From a virus (Duplodnaviria; Caudoviricetes): a stretch of DNA of 64,000 nt. The notes under the pieces are model-generated. The model was not told where the DNA came from, did no database searches, and saw only the letters and a list, made by a program, of their open reading frames with translations. The translations under genes and the position numbers were made by a program. This document shows, in pieces, positions 44,557-54,905 of the stretch (position 1 is its first letter; each line of letters opens with the position of its first letter). The stretch is taken from IMG/VR virus record IMGVR_UViG_3300027759_000001, one strand, 5' to 3'.

Positions 44557-46986
44557 ATGATGTCACTTAAAATATTAAAACGAGATGGGGATAATGTAAC
44601 GTTTAACCCACAGAAAATTTACAACCGTGTTAAAAAAGCAGCAAAAGGATTGAATGTTAATTCAGATGAGATTTTTATTAAGGTTATTACTTCAGTACCA
44701 ACTGAGGGTGTAATAACAACAAAAGAATTAGATAAGTTAGTTTATGAGATTGCGGCATCTTACACTGGTAGTCACCACGATTACTCAAGATTAGCGTCTT
44801 CAGTTGCAATTTCTTCATACCATAAAGAAACCAATCCAAGTTTTTCAGAAACTATGAATTTGTTATTTGGTGATGGTATCATCAATGAAAAATTGATTGA
44901 GACCATTAAAGAATATGGTGAGGATAGTATTGATGAGGTAATTAATCACGATAATGATTATAATTTTGATTACTTTGCTTGGAGATCTTTACAAGAAATG
45001 TACTTGTTAAAAAGACCTAATGGTGTTGTAGTTGAAAGACCACAACATATGTATATGAGGGTCGCATTATGGGTTACAGATAACTTTGTGGAGGCGGTTG
45101 AGTACTACAAATCATTATCAAATCAACTTATCTCTAAGGCAACACCAATTATGATTAATGCGGGTACAAAGGTACCTCAATTAGCATCTTGTGTTTTACA
45201 CTATAATAATTCAGATTCAAGAAGTGGATTGTTAAATACATTAACGGATATATCAACTTATTCTTCAGACGCTGCAGGAATTGGACTATCAATAACTAAC
45301 ATTAGAAGTAAAGAAAGTAGAATATCAAGTTCAGGTGGTTATGCGGGTGGTTTATTAAAATACCTTAAAATAGTTAATGAATCTTTACGTTTCTTTAACC
45401 AACAAGGTCGTAGACCAGGGTCAGCGGCAATTTATCTTGAACCTTGGCATAAAGATATTTTTGATTTATTGGAAATTAAAAAGAACACAGGTGCTGAAGA
45501 ATTGAGAGCTAGAGATTTGTTTACGGCACTTTGGATTCCTGATAATTTCATGAGAGCGGTAAAAGACAATACTGAATGGTATTTATTCTGTCCTAACGAT
45601 ATTATTACTGCAGGTATCAAACCATTACAAGAATCATTTGGTGATGAGTATGAAGAAAATTACAATAAAGCGGTTTCTTTAGGGTTGGGTAAAAAAGTTA
45701 AGGCTCAAGACATTTGGTCTAAAATTATTGAATCACAAGTTGAAAGTGGTGTTCCTTATTTATGTTCTAAAGATAGTGCAAACAGAAAGACTAACCACCA
45801 AAACATCGGTGTGATCAAACAATCTAATCTTTGTAATGAGATTTATCAGTACACAGATGAAGAAACAACGGCTATCTGTACGTTATCTTCAATAGTACTT
45901 AAAAACTTTATCGCTAATGGTAAATTTGATTTCCAATTGTTGTTTAATGAAGTAAGAAAAGTAGTTAGAACTTTAAATAAAGTTGTAAATATTAATAATT
46001 ACTCAACACAAAAAGGATTAAAAGGTGGTTTAGAACAACGTGCAATTGCTATCGGAACACAAGGTTTGGCTGACGTATTTTACTTACTTGACTTAATCTT
46101 TACAGACGAAGAAGCAAAAATCTTGAACAAACAAATTTTTGAAACCATCTATTACGGAGCGGTATACGAAAGTAATGAGTTATGTAAAAATGGTAAACAC
46201 GAACCATACAAACACTTCAAGGGATCACCTATGTCTAAAGGTATTTTCCAATTTGATATGTGGGATTTGAATGAAAATGATTTGTCAGGATATTGGGATT
46301 GGAATAAATTAAAAGAAGATGTTAAAGAGTATGGGGTATGTAACTCATTATTCACGGCACAAATGCCTGTTGCATCTTCCGCTAAAATTACAGGATCATT
46401 TGAGATGACTGAACCGGCTCACTCAGCATTGTTTAACAGAAGAGTTGTTGGTGGTGAAATTATGATTGTGAATAAATACTTAATTTCTGACTTTGAGAAA
46501 ATTGGTATATGGTCTGAAGATTTGAAAAATGAAATTATTATGAATGAGGGTTCAATCCAAAACATTAATTTCAATAACTACTTAGATCCTGAAGACAAAC
46601 ATTATAATAAGAAAGTTAAAAGAATTGAGCATTTAATCCCTAAGTACAAAACTATTTGGGAGATCTCACAAAAAGAACTTATCAACATGGCGGCAGACAG
46701 AGCACCATTTATTGATCAATCACAATCAATGAATATCTATATGTCAAACCCAACATTGTCTAAGATTACCTCATCACACTTCCACTCTTGGGAGAAAGGT
46801 TTGAAAACACTTTGTTACTACGTTAGAACAAAGGCAATTTCAACAGGAGCGAAACACTTAGCATTGGATATGACAAAAAGAGAACCAATTAAAAAAGTAG
46901 AAACACCTAAAGTAGATTTTTCAAATATGGATTTACCACAAAAACCTGATAGTTCAGAGTTTGAATGTTTCGGATGTTCATCTTAG
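44557..46986 (+). CDS. nrdA: Class Ia ribonucleotide reductase alpha subunit with N-terminal ATP cone
   Basis: KRDG ATP cone, PQLASC, SNLCNE, ICTL, CYY, C-terminal CFGC. Confidence 0.97.
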   Translation: MMSLKILKRDGDNVTFNPQKIYNRVKKAAKGLNVNSDEIFIKVITSVPTEGVITTKELDKLVYEIAASYTGSHHDYSRLASSVAISSYHKETNPSFSETMNLLFGDGIINEKLIETIKEYGEDSIDEVINHDNDYNFDYFAWRSLQEMYLLKRPNGVVVERPQHMYMRVALWVTDNFVEAVEYYKSLSNQLISKATPIMINAGTKVPQLASCVLHYNNSDSRSGLLNTLTDISTYSSDAAGIGLSITNIRSKESRISSSGGYAGGLLKYLKIVNESLRFFNQQGRRPGSAAIYLEPWHKDIFDLLEIKKNTGAEELRARDLFTALWIPDNFMRAVKDNTEWYLFCPNDIITAGIKPLQESFGDEYEENYNKAVSLGLGKKVKAQDIWSKIIESQVESGVPYLCSKDSANRKTNHQNIGVIKQSNLCNEIYQYTDEETTAICTLSSIVLKNFIANGKFDFQLLFNEVRKVVRTLNKVVNINNYSTQKGLKGGLEQRAIAIGTQGLADVFYLLDLIFTDEEAKILNKQIFETIYYGAVYESNELCKNGKHEPYKHFKGSPMSKGIFQFDMWDLNENDLSGYWDWNKLKEDVKEYGVCNSLFTAQMPVASSAKITGSFEMTEPAHSALFNRRVVGGEIMIVNKYLISDFEKIGIWSEDLKNEIIMNEGSIQNINFNNYLDPEDKHYNKKVKRIEHLIPKYKTIWEISQKELINMAADRAPFIDQSQSMNIYMSNPTLSKITSSHFHSWEKGLKTLCYYVRTKAISTGAKHLALDMTKREPIKKVETPKVDFSNMDLPQKPDSSEFECFGCSS

Positions 46987-47009
46987 TATGAATCTTATAT
47001 TACAATGGG

Positions 47010-47040
47010 AAATCACGGCTTAGGTCGTGATTTTTTATTT
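47010..47040 (+). terminator. Intrinsic terminator after nrdA
   Basis: AAATCACGGC-TTAG-GTCGTGATTT followed by TTTATTT. Confidence 0.85.
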
Positions 47041-47072
47041 TATATGTATTTATTCAAAACACATAGATACTA

Positions 47073-47079
47073 TATTTAT
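47073..47079 (+). promoter_or_regulatory. TATTTAT motif before the gp25-like gene
   Basis: 5 nt before ATG 47085; a second copy lies at 47047-47053. Confidence 0.6.
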
Positions 47080-47084
47080 AAGAT

Positions 47085-47543
47085 ATGGCAAATGGAATAA
47101 CATATGGGGTAAATTTTCCTTTTAGGGAATCTTACGTTGGTAAATATTTAGATGTTTCTGATACAACTGAAGAGGAAGTAAGAAGTAATTTAATTCATTT
47201 ATTATTAACTAAAAAAGGATATAGATATTATCTTCCTGATTTTGGAACAAGATTGTATGAATATATTTTTGAACCTCTTGATGGGCCTACATTTAGTGAA
47301 ATTGAAGGCGAAATTAGGGATTCTGTTGAAAAATATATGCCTGGTGTACAGATAACAAATATTTCAATAACCGACGCTTCTTTAGGTGAAGAAGATAAGG
47401 GTACTTTTATTAATCCTGACGGAGAAAGAGAATTTAAAGTACAAGGTATAAGTGAAAAAGAACATACCGCAAAAATTAAAATAGACTATAAGGTCACAAA
47501 TCAAGCCTTTGAAAGTAGTGATTTTGTTATTATCAATATTTAA
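47085..47543 (+). CDS. Baseplate wedge protein gp25-like
   Basis: YG..FPF, V.SNL.HLLLT.KG.R...PDFGT.LYEY.FEP. Confidence 0.92.
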   Translation: MANGITYGVNFPFRESYVGKYLDVSDTTEEEVRSNLIHLLLTKKGYRYYLPDFGTRLYEYIFEPLDGPTFSEIEGEIRDSVEKYMPGVQITNISITDASLGEEDKGTFINPDGEREFKVQGISEKEHTAKIKIDYKVTNQAFESSDFVIINI

Positions 47544-47549
47544 TAGTAT

Positions 47550-49388
47550 ATGGCTGAGAAAAAAATATCATACACGACTAGAGATTTCCAAGGAATAAGA
47601 ACTGAGTTAATTAACTTTACCCGTACTTATTATCCTGATTTAGTACAGAACTTTAACGATGCTGGGGTTTTCTCAGTAATGTTAGATTTAAATGCTGCCG
47701 TTACGGACAACCTACAATTTAATATTGATAGGAGTATTCAAGAAACGGTATTACAATATGCTCAACAAAAATCTTCAGTTTATAATATCGCTAAGACTTA
47801 CGGGTTAAAAATTCCGGGTCAAAGACCTTCGGTGGCATTAGTAGATTTCTCAATAACGGTTCCCGCATTTGGTGATAGAGAAGATTTAAGATATTGTGGT
47901 ATTCTAAGAAGAGGATCACAAGTAAGTGGTGCTGGTCAACCATTTGAAACCGTTTATGATATTGATTTTGCTTCAGCAATAAATTCTGAAGGAACATTAA
48001 ATAGATTAAAGATACCTAACTTTGATGCTAATGGTAAAATATTAAATTACAACATTGTAAAAAGGGAAGTTGTTGTAAACGGATTTACAAAAGTATTCAA
48101 ACGAGTTATTACACCAAACGATGTAAAACCATTCTTTGAATTATTCTTACCTGAAAAAAATGTTTTAGGTATAACAAGTGTCCTTTTAAAAGATGGGACT
48201 CAATTTAATACAATTCCAAATCCACAGGACTTTTTAGGGTTAAACGATAGATGGTATGAAGTTAAGGCACTTGCTGAAGACAGAGTATTCATTGAAGACC
48301 CAACTAAGGTTTCTGATCAACCTGGTACTAAGGTTGGTAAGTATATTTTAACTAACACTAAATTTACATCTGAGTATACACCTGAAGGTTATTTAAAAAT
48401 GACATTTGGTGGTGGTAATGTTTCTGCTGAAGAACAACTTAGAGATTTTGCAAGATCAGGTAAAGGATTTGATTTAAATAAATATTCTAATAATTTAGCT
48501 TTAGGTGCGGCTCTTAAGTCAAACACAACATTGTTTATACAATATAGAGTTGGTGGTGGACAAGCAACTAATTTAGGTGTTAATGTAATCAATCAAATTG
48601 GTACGGTTTCATTCTTTGTTAATGGTCCATCGGAAAGTATTAACAGATCTGTTATTAATACATTGAAATGTAATAACGTTACTGCGGCGATTGGAGGGGC
48701 AAACGCACCAACACTTGAAGAAGTAAGAAATATGGTATCCTATAACTTCTCAGCACAAAACAGAGCGGTTACAATAAATGACTACGAATCAATTATTAGA
48801 ACAATGCCATCTCAGTTCGGAGCACCTGCAAAAGTTGCAATTACTGAAGAGAATAATATGATAAAGATAAAAATGTTATCTTATGATACAAGTGGTAATT
48901 TAACTGACACGGTTTCTAATACATTAAAAAGTAATGTTGCAAACTACCTATCAAATTATAGGATGATTAACGACTACATTTCAATAGAAAGTGCAAACCC
49001 AATTGATTTGGCGGTTAATGTTGATGTTGTATTAGATGCTAGTCAAAACCAAGGTGCGGTTGTGTCTAAAATAATTGATATTATTTCAACATACTTTAGT
49101 CCTACAACAAGACAATTAGGTCAAAATGTTGTGGTATCTGAATTAAGAAGATTAATCCAAGCGGAAAATGGGATAATAAGTATTTCTGATATGGAATTCT
49201 TTAATAAAGTTGGGGGACAATACTCGTCAAATCAAACATCTCAAAAATATTCAGATCCGGCAACTAAACAAATTCAATTAATTGCTGATACAATTTTTGC
49301 TGAACCTACTCAAATCTACCAAATTAGATTTCCTAACAAAGATATCAATGTTAGGGTCATTAATTTAAGTACGGTTAATTTTTCCTAA
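47550..49388 (+). CDS. Baseplate wedge protein gp6 / baseplate J-like
   Basis: ISYT.RDF..IR, YRVGGG...N, QNRAVT..DY, FG.PAKV. Confidence 0.92.
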   Translation: MAEKKISYTTRDFQGIRTELINFTRTYYPDLVQNFNDAGVFSVMLDLNAAVTDNLQFNIDRSIQETVLQYAQQKSSVYNIAKTYGLKIPGQRPSVALVDFSITVPAFGDREDLRYCGILRRGSQVSGAGQPFETVYDIDFASAINSEGTLNRLKIPNFDANGKILNYNIVKREVVVNGFTKVFKRVITPNDVKPFFELFLPEKNVLGITSVLLKDGTQFNTIPNPQDFLGLNDRWYEVKALAEDRVFIEDPTKVSDQPGTKVGKYILTNTKFTSEYTPEGYLKMTFGGGNVSAEEQLRDFARSGKGFDLNKYSNNLALGAALKSNTTLFIQYRVGGGQATNLGVNVINQIGTVSFFVNGPSESINRSVINTLKCNNVTAAIGGANAPTLEEVRNMVSYNFSAQNRAVTINDYESIIRTMPSQFGAPAKVAITEENNMIKIKMLSYDTSGNLTDTVSNTLKSNVANYLSNYRMINDYISIESANPIDLAVNVDVVLDASQNQGAVVSKIIDIISTYFSPTTRQLGQNVVVSELRRLIQAENGIISISDMEFFNKVGGQYSSNQTSQKYSDPATKQIQLIADTIFAEPTQIYQIRFPNKDINVRVINLSTVNFS

Positions 49389-49438
49389 TAATTTATTTTT
49401 TTTTAATTAGAACTATTTTTTGAAAATAGGAAATAAAC

Positions 49439-49445
49439 TATTTAT
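49439..49445 (+). promoter_or_regulatory. TATTTAT motif before the 1814-aa gene
   Basis: 14 nt before ATG 49460. Confidence 0.6.
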
Positions 49446-49459
49446 CAAAAAAGACTTTA

Positions 49460-52400
49460 ATGCCAAAATCATATAGAATAAGGACTCAAGTAGGAGTTGA
49501 CAAATACATCAATGTAAAATTAGACCAAGATTTTGATTTTTTAGAGATCCTATCTTTAAAAATAAATCAATCAGACCTTTATACAAAGGTGTGTTCTGAC
49601 TATGGGGTTGTAGTTGGTAGAGTTCTTGTAAATGGTGGTTTTGGGTTACCAAATGCAAAAGTATCCATATTCATACCATTATCTAGTGAAGATGAATTAA
49701 ATCCCACAATATCTGAATTATATCCATATAAAACATTATCAGATAATAATGAGTTAGGGTATAGATATAATTTACTACCTCATGATCCATCATATAGTAT
49801 TCATGCTGCAACAGGGACATTTCCAAATAGAGAAGAAGTTTTAACAGACCAAACATATATTGAAGTTTATGACAAATATTACAAATATACCGTAAAAACA
49901 AACGATAGTGGTGACTATATGATTTTTGGGGTTCCAATTGGGACTCAAACCGTTTTTATGGATGTTGATTTATCGGATATTGGATGTTTTTCATTAACAC
50001 CACAAGATTTAATTAATGCGGGTCAAGCAACTCAAACACAAGTTAATGGATCAACATTCAAATCTTCAACAAATTTAAGTGAATTACCACAGATAAAAAC
50101 AGTAAATAGAAACGTTGATATATCACCTCTTTGGGGTCAAGAAGACATTTGTCAAATAGGTATTACAAGAGTTGATTTTGATTTAACTGCCGAAGCAAAC
50201 GTAACTATTAATCCTACCGCTATTTTCCTTGGATCTATTATTTCTACAACTAATGAAGATTCACTTAAAACAACTTGTAAACCAAAAAATAATACAGGAA
50301 ATTTATGTGAATTAATTGCGGGGCCTGGACAAATATTAGCTATTAGACAAACAATATACCCTGATAAAAATAATTTTCCACTTCTTGAACAATATAAATT
50401 TGAACAAGATGGTAAAATTATAGATGGTGACGGATCTTTTTTGGCAAATGTTCCGATGAATTTGGATTATATTATTACAAATGAATTTGGAGAACAAGTA
50501 ATTTCAAATGACCCAACAAAAGGTATCCCAACAAAGGGAAGATATAGATTTAAATTTAAATGGAGTAATGAAGGTGGGTTACAGAATGATTTTCAAAGAG
50601 CAAATTTTTTAGTTCCAAATATTAAAGAACATGGTTGGACTAACACTACAGACCCACTTGACCCTACTTCCAAAACACCATTTTTAATTATAATGCCATC
50701 AACATTTCCTGTTAATCCACCACAATATACAGGATCAACAACGGTAGCCTTAGATGGTGGGTTAACTTTTGATAATTCTGTTAACACTAAAATTTTCACT
50801 ATCTATATTGATAATGGTAGTGGACCTGAACCTTATTATGGTGATATAAGTGTAATACCTGTAAATGCTGGTGATATTGTTTTAGTAGTTTCAGAACCAT
50901 TAGATAACACACAACAACAAGAAGTTAATTTTACTTTTTATCCTAAAGGTTATTTTGATTTATTAAGATCATATACTTTTAGTTTAGATTGGGATGATTA
51001 TGTTGATCCAGTTTCAGCAATTAATTGTGAGGATACATTTTATGAAATGAACTACAATAAAGTTTATACTACGGCAATGTTCCTTGACAGATACAAAAAT
51101 GGGGTTGGAAGAGGAAGACACTTAGGTATTAAAGAAATTGATAATAGAGCTTGTAAATCAACGGTAAATACATTTCCATCTAACGACATTATTAAAAATT
51201 TTGACGCTATATTTTTTGTTTTTAATGTCTTTATGAGTATTTTGGCATACCCATTAATAGTATTGTTATTTGTTGCTCACTTTATCGCATGGATGTGGCC
51301 GGTATTAAAGTGGTTATTAATCATTTTAGGGATATATTTCCTTTATGATGCAATATCGGAAATGATTGATTGGATTAACTCGTTAATTGAGTTATTTGCT
51401 TTTTCGCCTTTAGGTGGTCCTGTAATTAATTTAGGTCTGATTTTAAGAATTGCGGCAAAGGCAATATCGTTTTTATTTAGAATCGCTTTTGCGATTGCAT
51501 TCATTGCTTTTACAATAAAATACCTTACTAGGATAAAAAATTTCCCAAGAATAGGTCTACCTATGATGTCTTATCCTGAATGTTCAAGTTGCGATTGTGA
51601 TTGCGGACCTGCAACTTTGGATGATGATATTGATCAAAATTCTGTTAATGATGCAATTGCTTCAGAGCAATCAACTAATAATCAACAAGAACTTGGTCAA
51701 GCTAAAGGATTTTTGGCTCCGGTTAATATGCCAAGTGCATATGAGGTTCAACATCCTAATGCCCAAAACAATCCTATTGAGGATGCAATGGAAAGAAATG
51801 ATGGTCCGTTTTGGGGGGGAGATTGTCTTGATAGTGCAACAAGCGGATGTTTAAATTGTGGAATACCATCGTTAAGTACTGCGGCAATGAAACAAGATAT
51901 TACACCTCAGGTTGCCGGAAGAGGTATTGCTGACTATAATAGAATTTTTTCGGGTTATGATATATTAAGTTCAACTGGAACGGTAAATGTGGATATGGTT
52001 TTTGGTAATGAATTTGCTTTGTATCACGCACCACAACCATTCCTATTTGCAGCTTGGGATAATAGTGGTAAAGACCCAAGAAATTGGGCTTTCCCTAAAA
52101 GTGCAACTTTTCCGCAAAGATTAAATGAATTTAACACAAGAGATAAATATTTTGATTCTTATGGTGGTGCAAATAGAATAAAAAGTTTTGTTAACCCATC
52201 TTTAAATGGTAATACTTTTTTTGAAGATCAAGTAATAGTTCTTTTAGCTAATCCGGGAACTAAAGATCAAATGCAAGTTGGTAAACCAATTAGTTTTAAT
52301 GACCCAACAAAATCCAATGGAAATGTTAATATTACGGGAGCTACATTAAATGAATTAGGTAATAACTCAATTACGGGTACAACAACAACAGGTCAAACAC

Positions 52401-54904
52401 CAATATTCGTTACTTATGCGAACCCTTCAAGTATTACTAGTACGGCACCTATTACAAAACCTTTTATAATTACCCAACCTGCAATTTCAAACATTCCGTC
52501 ATCAATTCCTGGTGATGAAGTTGGGAATCTTCAATACCCTACCGATGTGGAGTATTATCAGATGATAACAGGTATGACCGTTTCTGAATTTCTGACAATG
52601 TGTGGTACTAACTCAGGTACTTTTCCTACTAGTTTTTTAAAACATATAATTCATTTTGACTATTGTTGTAATGGTAATTATAAAGATTATACTGCTGGAG
52701 AGTGTTTAACTCAAATGACTAACTATACAGATTTTGAAATTATTATACTTAATAGAGGGGTTGACGTACATACCGCAACACAAAAAATAAAATACGATTT
52801 ATCAAGAATATTTGGTAAATCTTATGGTAATGTTATAACACCTGAGGGAGATTATTTTTTAAATGTTCCTATACGACCATCAGGATTAAAACCATCAAGT
52901 CATAACACCACAACAAACTCAGCGACCAATCTTTATTCCCCATCATATAACTTTGATATAGGACCTGCGAATGGAGCAAATCCTAACTATACTGCGTTTA
53001 CTTCAAACTATCCTTATTATTATTTATCTACGGATGATCTTAGTGTTGCCGATTACCAACCAGTTAGTGGATGGAAATTTATTGGAGATTCTTTTTTAAC
53101 TAATACTCCAAGAACGATATTACAATCAAGTTTCTATACGATACCAAGTTATACACCAAACTACATTGGAGGTGGTACATTTTTAGGGAAACAAAGTAAC
53201 GCTGGTTACCCTAGTTGTAATAATAATAGTGTAAATGCAGAAACTCCTGATAATGGAAAACCAGCTAAGGGTGAACTAGGTGATGTACCATCAAACCAAT
53301 TATCTGCGTTATATTCACCGGCATATTATAGATATACATTACCTGGTGTTAATTTTAACGATAAGACTAAAATGGTTATGAGAAGTGACCGACTACCGAC
53401 ATCCACAAAAACTGAAGATGGTGCAGGATCAAGAACAGGTTTCGCGGCACACCAAAATAATAATTTTACATTTTATACTGCCGATGGTAGTGAAGGTCAA
53501 GCAGGTACAGGTCTTTCAGTTGAGATAACGGGAGAACAATATGATAGTCCTACACAAACTTTTGATTGTGAAACTATGGTGTCATTACAATGTTATCAGG
53601 GATCTGGTAATAATGTGTCTATTATACCTCCAAATCAATGTATTGTTCCGGAAGGTAGAGTTAAAGGTGGTTGTTATTGTCTATTAAATAAAAAATATTT
53701 AACTGAATATAGTGAAGATGTTGCATTATTTTTAGAATGGAAAACAAGATTTACAATTACCTTTGCCGCTTGTCGTGGTATATTTGCGCAAGTATTCCAA
53801 AACAATTGGATAAATGGAACATTATATATGTTCTCATTTAATAAAACCACAACATATGCGGCCTTGTCTACTATACCAACATATAATTTTTGTGATGATG
53901 TTATTGTTTTTAATGAATTAACTAATGGTTTCTATTATAGATGTTCACCATGGAAACAAAGTACACAACAATTTATTGGTAAAGATAAACCTTTGGTTAA
54001 TCCAAACTGGCCATCATCAATAGTTACTGGATATCCTGGATTAGGTTATAATGAAAAACAAATCCAATTTCCAACAACAATTGCAGATTTAGGGCCTAGA
54101 GATGAGTTTATTACTGAGATATGTAATAGTTCAAATTTTAATAGTTACATAGTTGATCAAGTTAAATCTACTTCTTATCAAGATACATCAGATATAATCC
54201 AAATTGGATTTTTATCTAGATTATTAAATGATACATTTAGACAGTCAATCTTACCTATAACGGTAGGTGGGGGTACTACCGAAGGTAAGGGTATTATTCA
54301 ATTCTTTAATAGTAATAGAAAGGCGGATAGAATAGATGGTGATTTTGCTCAAGCTCTATCAATAAACTCTGAATGGAAAATTAACCCATTTATTTTTGAA
54401 AATTACCCTAATCCAAACTCTATATATTTTGGTGATGATAACTCATCACCACCAAGACCTGTATTTGGAATATTCTTTGAAACCCCAACTGATGAATATA
54501 AATATAGAAGAAGGTTTACTCCTGGTGTTGAAACATATAGTCAATCACCATTAATACAAGATTACTATGGTTTTCCAAAGACACAAGATGTTCCTCATTA
54601 TCAATGGAAGATAGAAACATCACCAAATATATTTGGGTCTGAAAATAATAATTGGTATACGTATTCACCTTTCTTTCATAAAGGGTATCAAAACTTAGAT
54701 TTTAATATTGACCCATATTTTCAATCATCAACCACAAAATTAGGTATGATTACCAATTTTGATGTTAATGGTAATCCATTACCAACACCACAAGTTGTAA
54801 ATAAAGTTTTAGTTGGGGCTCCATTCCATTTTTATTTTGGTTTAAATAATGGTAAAACCGCTATTAATAAATTTATTAAATTATATGTAACAGACGAAGG
54901 ATAA
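49460..54904 (+). CDS. Very large baseplate-region protein with a multi-pass hydrophobic segment
   Basis: N-terminal GVV.GRV..N.GFG.PNAKVSIF and TN.SGDYMIFGVP.G (carboxypeptidase-regulatory-like/Ig fold); ~104-aa hydrophobic stretch at 51206-51517. Confidence 0.7.
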   Translation: MPKSYRIRTQVGVDKYINVKLDQDFDFLEILSLKINQSDLYTKVCSDYGVVVGRVLVNGGFGLPNAKVSIFIPLSSEDELNPTISELYPYKTLSDNNELGYRYNLLPHDPSYSIHAATGTFPNREEVLTDQTYIEVYDKYYKYTVKTNDSGDYMIFGVPIGTQTVFMDVDLSDIGCFSLTPQDLINAGQATQTQVNGSTFKSSTNLSELPQIKTVNRNVDISPLWGQEDICQIGITRVDFDLTAEANVTINPTAIFLGSIISTTNEDSLKTTCKPKNNTGNLCELIAGPGQILAIRQTIYPDKNNFPLLEQYKFEQDGKIIDGDGSFLANVPMNLDYIITNEFGEQVISNDPTKGIPTKGRYRFKFKWSNEGGLQNDFQRANFLVPNIKEHGWTNTTDPLDPTSKTPFLIIMPSTFPVNPPQYTGSTTVALDGGLTFDNSVNTKIFTIYIDNGSGPEPYYGDISVIPVNAGDIVLVVSEPLDNTQQQEVNFTFYPKGYFDLLRSYTFSLDWDDYVDPVSAINCEDTFYEMNYNKVYTTAMFLDRYKNGVGRGRHLGIKEIDNRACKSTVNTFPSNDIIKNFDAIFFVFNVFMSILAYPLIVLLFVAHFIAWMWPVLKWLLIILGIYFLYDAISEMIDWINSLIELFAFSPLGGPVINLGLILRIAAKAISFLFRIAFAIAFIAFTIKYLTRIKNFPRIGLPMMSYPECSSCDCDCGPATLDDDIDQNSVNDAIASEQSTNNQQELGQAKGFLAPVNMPSAYEVQHPNAQNNPIEDAMERNDGPFWGGDCLDSATSGCLNCGIPSLSTAAMKQDITPQVAGRGIADYNRIFSGYDILSSTGTVNVDMVFGNEFALYHAPQPFLFAAWDNSGKDPRNWAFPKSATFPQRLNEFNTRDKYFDSYGGANRIKSFVNPSLNGNTFFEDQVIVLLANPGTKDQMQVGKPISFNDPTKSNGNVNITGATLNELGNNSITGTTTTGQTPIFVTYANPSSITSTAPITKPFIITQPAISNIPSSIPGDEVGNLQYPTDVEYYQMITGMTVSEFLTMCGTNSGTFPTSFLKHIIHFDYCCNGNYKDYTAGECLTQMTNYTDFEIIILNRGVDVHTATQKIKYDLSRIFGKSYGNVITPEGDYFLNVPIRPSGLKPSSHNTTTNSATNLYSPSYNFDIGPANGANPNYTAFTSNYPYYYLSTDDLSVADYQPVSGWKFIGDSFLTNTPRTILQSSFYTIPSYTPNYIGGGTFLGKQSNAGYPSCNNNSVNAETPDNGKPAKGELGDVPSNQLSALYSPAYYRYTLPGVNFNDKTKMVMRSDRLPTSTKTEDGAGSRTGFAAHQNNNFTFYTADGSEGQAGTGLSVEITGEQYDSPTQTFDCETMVSLQCYQGSGNNVSIIPPNQCIVPEGRVKGGCYCLLNKKYLTEYSEDVALFLEWKTRFTITFAACRGIFAQVFQNNWINGTLYMFSFNKTTTYAALSTIPTYNFCDDVIVFNELTNGFYYRCSPWKQSTQQFIGKDKPLVNPNWPSSIVTGYPGLGYNEKQIQFPTTIADLGPRDEFITEICNSSNFNSYIVDQVKSTSYQDTSDIIQIGFLSRLLNDTFRQSILPITVGGGTTEGKGIIQFFNSNRKADRIDGDFAQALSINSEWKINPFIFENYPNPNSIYFGDDNSSPPRPVFGIFFETPTDEYKYRRRFTPGVETYSQSPLIQDYYGFPKTQDVPHYQWKIETSPNIFGSENNNWYTYSPFFHKGYQNLDFNIDPYFQSSTTKLGMITNFDVNGNPLPTPQVVNKVLVGAPFHFYFGLNNGKTAINKFIKLYVTDEG

Positions 54905-54905
54905 A

